This document shows positions 24,801 through 29,939 of a stretch of 29,939 bases of DNA, one piece after another. The notes below the pieces were generated by a model. The model was not told the DNA's origin. It searched no databases and was given only the letters and a program-made list of their open reading frames with translations. The stretch is from a virus. Lineage: Duplodnaviria; Caudoviricetes. The stretch spans positions 1 to 29,939 of IMG/VR virus record IMGVR_UViG_3300005805_000324; one strand, given 5' to 3'. Every line of letters starts with the position of its first letter. Position 1 is the stretch's first letter. The position numbers and the translations under genes are program-made.

Positions 24801-25312
24801 TTTCCCCGATATTTAGCAAAGTTAAAAATCAATGATACGGTCAATGCCACAAACAGCCACCAAACCCAATACAGGCGATTTTTGGCCTGATTTTCGGCCT
24901 TTATTTGTTCGGCCTGGCAATCCTTTATGTTTTGCGATAAAAGGTATATTTCAGCCGAATCCTTCACATATTTAGTCACCGTTTTGGTAATGGTTGGTGT
25001 TTTTACGTATTGCGTTTTGCCTGGCATGTATTTGATCGGTCCGGCCAAATACTGAACAGGCCCCGCCACATCAACATAAATGGTGTCGCCATCGATTGGG
25101 TTGTCCGGACACAATATTTCAATAAAATCATACGTTGTATCAACCCGCAAAATGGTGTCTTTGCCGATTATGCATGGAAATTTACCACGCGTAAAATCCG
25201 CCACGGCTTTTGGTTGTTTACGGTATGCCTTTGCCATTTTACGTTCCGCCTTTTCGGCCGTATAGCAACCGGCCAGCGCCAAAATCAGCGCACTAATCAT
25301 CAGTTTTTTCAT
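24797..25312 (-). CDS. Unimolecular spanin candidate (171 aa)
   Basis: Lipoprotein signal MKKLMISALILALAG-C plus C-terminal TM LYWVWWLFVALTVSLIFNF with basic tail; adjacent to the endolysin. Confidence 0.75.
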   Translation of the reverse strand: MKKLMISALILALAGCYTAEKAERKMAKAYRKQPKAVADFTRGKFPCIIGKDTILRVDTTYDFIEILCPDNPIDGDTIYVDVAGPVQYLAGPIKYMPGKTQYVKTPTITKTVTKYVKDSAEIYLLSQNIKDCQAEQIKAENQAKNRLYWVWWLFVALTVSLIFNFAKYRGK

Positions 25313-25559
25313 CGTCAAATATTTCATTGTAAAGGTCGTTCAAACATTCGGACATGATCCGTAAACTTTGCCGCCGCAACCGGTACACGCGCCGTTCATC
25401 GGATTTGTTCAATAATGCCGTGTCAATGTTGGCGGCCATGTCAAATGCATAGTACGCACATTGTATGTACTCCGATGCGGATGTGTACTCAATCACCGTT
25501 TCATCGGCGATTTCCTCCGTTTCTTTGTTTTCATCGCCAATCACCAAATTTTGTTCCAT
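25293..25559 (-). CDS. Hypothetical acidic protein (88 aa)
   Basis: Start MEQNL 1 nt after the phosphoesterase stop. Confidence 0.7.
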   Translation of the reverse strand: MEQNLVIGDENKETEEIADETVIEYTSASEYIQCAYYAFDMAANIDTALLNKSDERRVYRLRRQSLRIMSECLNDLYNEIFDDEKTDD

Positions 25560-25560
25560 A

Positions 25561-26556
25561 TTACAGGATTTTGCCGTTAATGATTTGATGGTTGAACACC
25601 CGAAAATCGCCATTTTTTTCAACCACGATATGGGCAAACCCATGCATCGCATTGGATACAATTGGCGAATAATTGGGTTTCAATTCGCACAAACAACCGG
25701 TTGACCATGCCGCCGTGATGTTGCCGTTTATGTCAACCTCTGGGTGATGTGATGGCCTGTGTAAATGGCCAACAATGATATTGTGTTTTGCCTTTAACCA
25801 TGCACCGCGGGCCGGATTTATTGGCCCGAATACACCTTTGAACACGAAATGGCCGTGTGTGATGTTTAGTTTGCCGGCACGCATCAATGTTGTATCATCA
25901 ATTAGCCGCACTTTCACATCGTTCAATTGTAACCGCTGTTCCAAATGAAAATAATCATCATCCCATATTTCGCGCACCTTCATCAACAGGAATTTTTCCC
26001 ACCTCACGCAATGGTTGCCTTTGATCCAATATATTTCAGCCGCTGGGAATGCCGCACGCAATGCAACCAAAAATTCCTTTGTGGCCGCAAATTCCTGTTT
26101 GACTGATCGTTTGCGCGGATCCGATTCGAACCGTGACACCATATGGTTGTCGATCAAATCGCCATTGATGATGATTGTGTTGATGTTTTTTTCTTTACCA
26201 TAGTCCAGCGCGCACGTGATTGCGTCAATGTCATGATACGGTATGTGTAGGTCCGATATCAAAAGGATGTTGTTACATCCGACCGGTAGTTGCAACACCT
26301 CGTTTTTCTCGACATAGGATTCCGGCAAATTGTACGGATTTCGTGTCCGTTCTTTGTCCAATTTGAATTCGTTGTCAATTGGGTTTTTGCTGGAACTTTT
26401 GCCGCTTTTGCCCTCTAATTTTCTTAATGATGTCCGGATTGATTCAACATTATTGAAAACGATGCTGTTTTCCTTGTAGATTACCCGCGCCAATTTCAAA
26501 GTTGGCATATCGGGATATTTACGCCGATAATCGCGTAAAATGTCTGTTTTTATCAT
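25561..26556 (-). CDS. Calcineurin-like metallophosphoesterase (331 aa)
   Basis: SDLH, NGDLID, GNH, HGH, GHLH motifs. Confidence 0.92.
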   Translation of the reverse strand: MIKTDILRDYRRKYPDMPTLKLARVIYKENSIVFNNVESIRTSLRKLEGKSGKSSSKNPIDNEFKLDKERTRNPYNLPESYVEKNEVLQLPVGCNNILLISDLHIPYHDIDAITCALDYGKEKNINTIIINGDLIDNHMVSRFESDPRKRSVKQEFAATKEFLVALRAAFPAAEIYWIKGNHCVRWEKFLLMKVREIWDDDYFHLEQRLQLNDVKVRLIDDTTLMRAGKLNITHGHFVFKGVFGPINPARGAWLKAKHNIIVGHLHRPSHHPEVDINGNITAAWSTGCLCELKPNYSPIVSNAMHGFAHIVVEKNGDFRVFNHQIINGKIL

Positions 26557-26567
26557 AAAAAGGCCAA

Positions 26568-26864
26568 TCAGGCCGTTTGCTTACGTTGGATCTTTTCATC
26601 GGCTTGTATGCGCCCGATAATGGCTAAAACCGAACCCGCCGCCGACATGATTTGACCAATCACCACCCAAAAATCGCCATCGCTGTTTTTGATGTTTTCC
26701 GCGTATACTTTCAACGCATTTGCATCATTCGGATCAGGTATTTGTATGTAGTCGGCCTGAATGCTGTTTGATATAAAAAAACCAACGGATGCCAGGATCA
26801 CCCCCCAAATGGTTTTTGAATGATACCAATATTTAGGCCCTCTTTTTTTTCGATTTTGTGGCAT
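26568..26864 (-). CDS. Holin-like two-TM protein (98 aa)
   Basis: KYWYHSKTIWG and LAIIGRIQA patterns; two hydrophobic segments; lysis region. Confidence 0.6.
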   Translation of the reverse strand: MPQNRKKRGPKYWYHSKTIWGVILASVGFFISNSIQADYIQIPDPNDANALKVYAENIKNSDGDFWVVIGQIMSAAGSVLAIIGRIQADEKIQRKQTA

Positions 26865-27036
26865 AGTAGTAATAACGTATCGCAAAGATACCCGAAATGC
26901 ATGCAATAATAGACGCGGCCAATGTCACGCCCGCCTGTACCTGTTGAATGGTCAACAATGAAAATGATGCGCTAAAAATTGATAATGCCGTATTGAAAAC
27001 CGCGGGCATCTCGCCGCCCACATTCACGTTGTCCAT
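26833..27036 (-). CDS. Holin-like small membrane protein (67 aa)
   Basis: Two hydrophobic segments with basic tail KSKKKRA; first gene of the lysis region. Confidence 0.6.
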   Translation of the reverse strand: MDNVNVGGEMPAVFNTALSIFSASFSLLTIQQVQAGVTLAASIIACISGIFAIRYYYYATKSKKKRA

Positions 27037-27059
27037 TTAGGTATTTTTTACGAATTTAA

Positions 27060-27254
27060 TTAGTTGTTTTCACTTATGTATTGCAAATATTGGCAATCGG
27101 CCGGTATGGCGTCATTGCTGATTTCAAATATTTCCGGATGTTCCAAAATGGCCGGATGCTGGGCCAATGGTTCGGTCCAATTGTCGGTGATTACAACGGT
27201 GTACGTTGTCGATTCCTTACCATCAATGGTTAGTTTTTGTCTGATGTGTTCCAT
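27060..27254 (-). CDS. Small protein coupled to the fibre gene (possible fibre chaperone, 64 aa)
   Basis: TAATG stop/start overlap with the fibre gene; function inferred from position only. Confidence 0.55.
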   Translation of the reverse strand: MEHIRQKLTIDGKESTTYTVVITDNWTEPLAQHPAILEHPEIFEISNDAIPADCQYLQYISENN

Positions 27255-29080
27255 TAGTTTACAAAGTATTGAACGGTGATATTTACAAATCGATAGGCGC
27301 CTGAACTCGTAGATACGAAAACCTCATATCCTGTGTCCGCACCATTTACACGCAATGCGGTTCTGTTCAGGTTTGAATTACTCGCGTTTGTTGCGGTTGT
27401 CATTTGACCGGTTGCGAAATACAAAATGTCATTTGCCGCGCCCAATCCTGATTGCTCTTTTGGTGCTGGGCAATCGGCTGGCAATGCCATATTTACGGCT
27501 GTCAACGCACTTCCGGCGGTTCCGTAATTCAATGTAATATTCAATGTCACCTGATTGCCAACCCGTGTCCAATTGTATGAATGATTGGTTGTGCCTGATG
27601 GCGCCGTTGTGCCGGTCCACGTGATGGTTCCGGTGTATGTTTGAACACCTGGATCGCGGAACACCTGATCGGTTGAGTTTGCCGCCGCGTTTGTGTTGTT
27701 GGCCTTGAATGTATAGGCCGCCACATTTTTACGCTGAAATACGCTTGTATCGGATGGCTTAATGTAATTTGATCCGATTGCGTTTTGTATGCTTACTGCA
27801 TGCCACAATGAATCAACGCGGCTATATTGAAGCAATGTCGAATCGTTTGGATATAACGGTATTGCAACATCAGACAATTCATCCATCTGCCAACCGTTTT
27901 CAATCTTTATTTCGATGGTTCCGAATGTAGGATGCGCCCGCGTAACCGTTCCAATTTTTACAATATGATTCGGCGCCAACACGGTTGATTTGTCACGGGT
28001 TATGCCACCCGCTGTTGTTGCGCTTAAAAATATGACATCGCCATCGGTGAAATTGGCGGTTGGCAAATTTAGATTTGTGATATTGCCGGCCTGTATTATT
28101 ACGCCGCTATTGTTGTTCAATATGTCGTTTTCAACCAATGCAAAGGTCGCATAGCTGTTTTCTTCGCTGTTTGCCTGGGCCAATGCTATTGTTGGCAAAT
28201 TGCTGGAATGGCGGCCGTTGATGTACACAACGGATCCCTTTGTGATTGTCACCCCGCTGTTATTGTAAACGGTTGTCACCAATCGTGTTGCCGATCCGGC
28301 GACTGATGATCGCAATGTGTAGGATGTTTGGTTGCCGCCTTTGTAGAATGTCAATGTGCTGTCATTTGGCTGGCTTACCGATGAAATAAATGCGTTTGTG
28401 GTGTCAATATCACGCAAATACGGCGCCAACATTGTGGCCGTGTCGCTGTATTTTACCCGCTGATCAATGCGATTTGATAAACTTGTCGTATCTGTTCCGC
28501 TGTTTCTAACATCGGTTAATGTTGCCAATGTATCGGAAACACCATCAGCGATTGGCAAATAATGATCATCTGCATTAATTAGATCATAATCGGTTATTTT
28601 ACCTATGCTATATTGAGAATAAACACCTCCCAAACTCTCTATTTTATATCCTGTCAAATCAATAGTTGATATTGCGCCCCCAATAGGGTTTATTCTAATT
28701 TGTGGGAATCCGCTGTTATCCTCTAAAAATATGCTACCAAATGGTTTTTGGACTTCAATGGTATTTGTGGTTGTGCTACCAATATCGGTGACCTGTTGCA
28801 ATGACTGACTGCCACCACCACCGCCCGCAATTTCGGACCATCCGTTTGCGTTTGTGTATTTGTACAATTTGTTGTTACACGTATCCATCGCCAATGCGCC
28901 GTTTTTCAATTGGCTGTTGCGTAGTGTGGGAACCCCGCAAAACGATGGGATGTGCAATGTGCTGTCAATGGACACGCGTTTCATTTGGTACCCAAATGCG
29001 GTCATGGGTGTGTATTGGGCAAATGCCGTTGTGGATACAAATGCCAATAAAAATGCAAAAATGTGTTTATACGTCACCAT
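27254..29080 (-). CDS. Tail fibre/receptor-binding-like protein with N-terminal Sec signal peptide (608 aa)
   Basis: Last large tail gene; SLQQVTDIGSTT, NNSGVTITKGSVVYING and WTRVGNQVTL...LP fibre-like motifs; MVTYKHIFAFLLAFVSTTAFA-Q signal. Confidence 0.7.
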   Translation of the reverse strand: MVTYKHIFAFLLAFVSTTAFAQYTPMTAFGYQMKRVSIDSTLHIPSFCGVPTLRNSQLKNGALAMDTCNNKLYKYTNANGWSEIAGGGGGSQSLQQVTDIGSTTTNTIEVQKPFGSIFLEDNSGFPQIRINPIGGAISTIDLTGYKIESLGGVYSQYSIGKITDYDLINADDHYLPIADGVSDTLATLTDVRNSGTDTTSLSNRIDQRVKYSDTATMLAPYLRDIDTTNAFISSVSQPNDSTLTFYKGGNQTSYTLRSSVAGSATRLVTTVYNNSGVTITKGSVVYINGRHSSNLPTIALAQANSEENSYATFALVENDILNNNSGVIIQAGNITNLNLPTANFTDGDVIFLSATTAGGITRDKSTVLAPNHIVKIGTVTRAHPTFGTIEIKIENGWQMDELSDVAIPLYPNDSTLLQYSRVDSLWHAVSIQNAIGSNYIKPSDTSVFQRKNVAAYTFKANNTNAAANSTDQVFRDPGVQTYTGTITWTGTTAPSGTTNHSYNWTRVGNQVTLNITLNYGTAGSALTAVNMALPADCPAPKEQSGLGAANDILYFATGQMTTATNASNSNLNRTALRVNGADTGYEVFVSTSSGAYRFVNITVQYFVN

Positions 29081-29510
29081 ATGTTATTGTTGGTAGGCCA
29101 ACCCCTTTGAATGTTGCGGAAAATGTTGATATGTTGTCGAAACTCGCTGTTTCGGTTATGCTTTCAAAATAGGCGCCGACCTCCTTTTCCAAAAAATACG
29201 CGCCATCGATATCGGTTTCGTAGTATTTGATGTTTACGTATGTGCCGGCAATCAGTAAGTCATACATACGGCCCAAATCAAAATTGGTTGTGATATCCTT
29301 TTGAATAAACACCAAACCATCAATGGTGCCGCTACATTCGCCCGGACCAGGTATGAATGTTTTGAAAACACCAGAATTCGTGATGGAAGTTTCAATCATT
29401 TCACGGCTGATGTCAAACGTGATGCCCCGCGCACATGCAAATGGCACGAAATCATCAACGCCGGCATCGAAAATGCTCAAAACAACATCATCGCCTCTAA
29501 CTTTGCCCAT
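29067..29510 (-). CDS. Third tail-tube-fold protein (147 aa)
   Basis: KVRGDDVVL...FACA..ITFDI..EMIETS...KTFIPG...SGTIDGL...TFSATFKGVGLP matches the TP901-1-type tube pattern. Confidence 0.75.
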   Translation of the reverse strand: MGKVRGDDVVLSIFDAGVDDFVPFACARGITFDISREMIETSITNSGVFKTFIPGPGECSGTIDGLVFIQKDITTNFDLGRMYDLLIAGTYVNIKYYETDIDGAYFLEKEVGAYFESITETASFDNISTFSATFKGVGLPTITYGDV

Positions 29511-29513
29511 TTT

Positions 29514-29864
29514 TTAGTTGTTTTCGTAAAGATAAATAAATGTGTATGTGTCGTCACCAAAATCGCTGATATTTTCATCCAGCGCACAAATTTCGTACAA
29601 TGTGCCATCGGATGTGTGCGCTTTGTAATCAACCGTTAATGATCCAAACACAAACCGCATGTTTTCCATATTGCTGGCATCATATAACAATTTAATACAT
29701 GTCAACGGACTGATTCCTTTGCCGCTGTTAAAATCATACGCTTTGATCAATGTGCCGCTGTATTTTGACCGCGGTTTACGGCGCCAAAACTGAATTTCCT
29801 GTGTCGTAATGCGCCCCAATTGCGTTTCCAATATTTGCGTTCCGGTGTCAAAATTCCACGTTTG
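29514..29864 (-). CDS. C-terminal 116 aa of the large tail protein (joined across the circular junction)
   Basis: In frame with 2031 to 100 through the terminal overlap. Confidence 0.85.
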   Translation of the reverse strand, partial: QTWNFDTGTQILETQLGRITTQEIQFWRRKPRSKYSGTLIKAYDFNSGKGISPLTCIKLLYDASNMENMRFVFGSLTVDYKAHTSDGTLYEICALDENISDFGDDTYTFIYLYENN

Positions 29865-29939
29865 GATGCGATCGCGGATCAAATCGGTGTACGTATCCAA
29901 AAATGTGGTCCCTGATATTAAATTCGACCGCGTATCATC
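29865..29939 (+). repeat. Terminal direct repeat of 100-174 (circularisation overlap)
   Basis: 73/75 identical to 100-174; the differences at 29928 and 29931 are synonymous (ACG CGG vs ACA CGT). Confidence 0.95.

Larger units (their letters stand above)
100..29864 (-). mobile_element. Complete circularly permuted siphovirus-like phage genome, probable Bacteroidota host
   Basis: Terminal direct overlap restores one reading frame; full packaging, head, tail, lysis and replication modules are all on the minus strand; no host genes. Confidence 0.93.

Noticed and set aside
1346-29639. All plus-strand ORFs in the track
   Set aside because: They are antisense shadows of well-supported minus-strand genes and have no recognisable motifs.
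100-29864. Alternative genetic code, integrase or lysogeny module, tRNA genes
   Set aside because: Genes are full length and tightly packed in the standard code; no recombinase motifs, divergent repressor or cloverleaf were seen.

Overview
The window is an apparently complete, circularly permuted genome of a tailed dsDNA phage (siphovirus-like). Its unit length is 29,765 bp once the 75-bp terminal overlap (100-174 = 29865-29939) is joined and a 99-bp inverted left-end fragment is removed. All credible genes lie on the minus strand. In transcription order: early genes from a Bacteroidota-type TAnnTTTG promoter at about 24105 (small hypothetical and membrane proteins, PD-(D/E)xK exonuclease, SSB-like protein, SF2 helicase, HNH nuclease, VRR-NUC nuclease, Prim-Pol primase-helicase, ori-like repeats); then TerS/TerL, portal, minor head protein, HK97 protease and capsid, neck genes, tail tubes, frameshifted tail chaperones, tape measure, a tail protein split by the contig ends, a fibre-like protein and a lysis cassette (holin-like genes, metallophosphoesterase, u-spanin, GH24 lysozyme). 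No integrase, classical repressor, tRNA, CRISPR array or reverse transcriptase is visible. A Bacteroidota host is inferred from the promoter motif, SD-less A-rich initiation regions and a signal peptide followed by Gln. Most unusual features: (1) short terminator-ended non-coding cassettes whose 5' parts are antisense to translation-initiation regions; (2) a tail-fibre-like protein with a cleavable Sec signal peptide and many Bacteroidota O-glycosylation sequons; (3) a duplicated tail-tube gene whose copy carries Ig and DUF1566/C-lectin-like domains, plus a third tube-fold gene. All family assignments come from motif recognition and gene order by eye, not from database searches.
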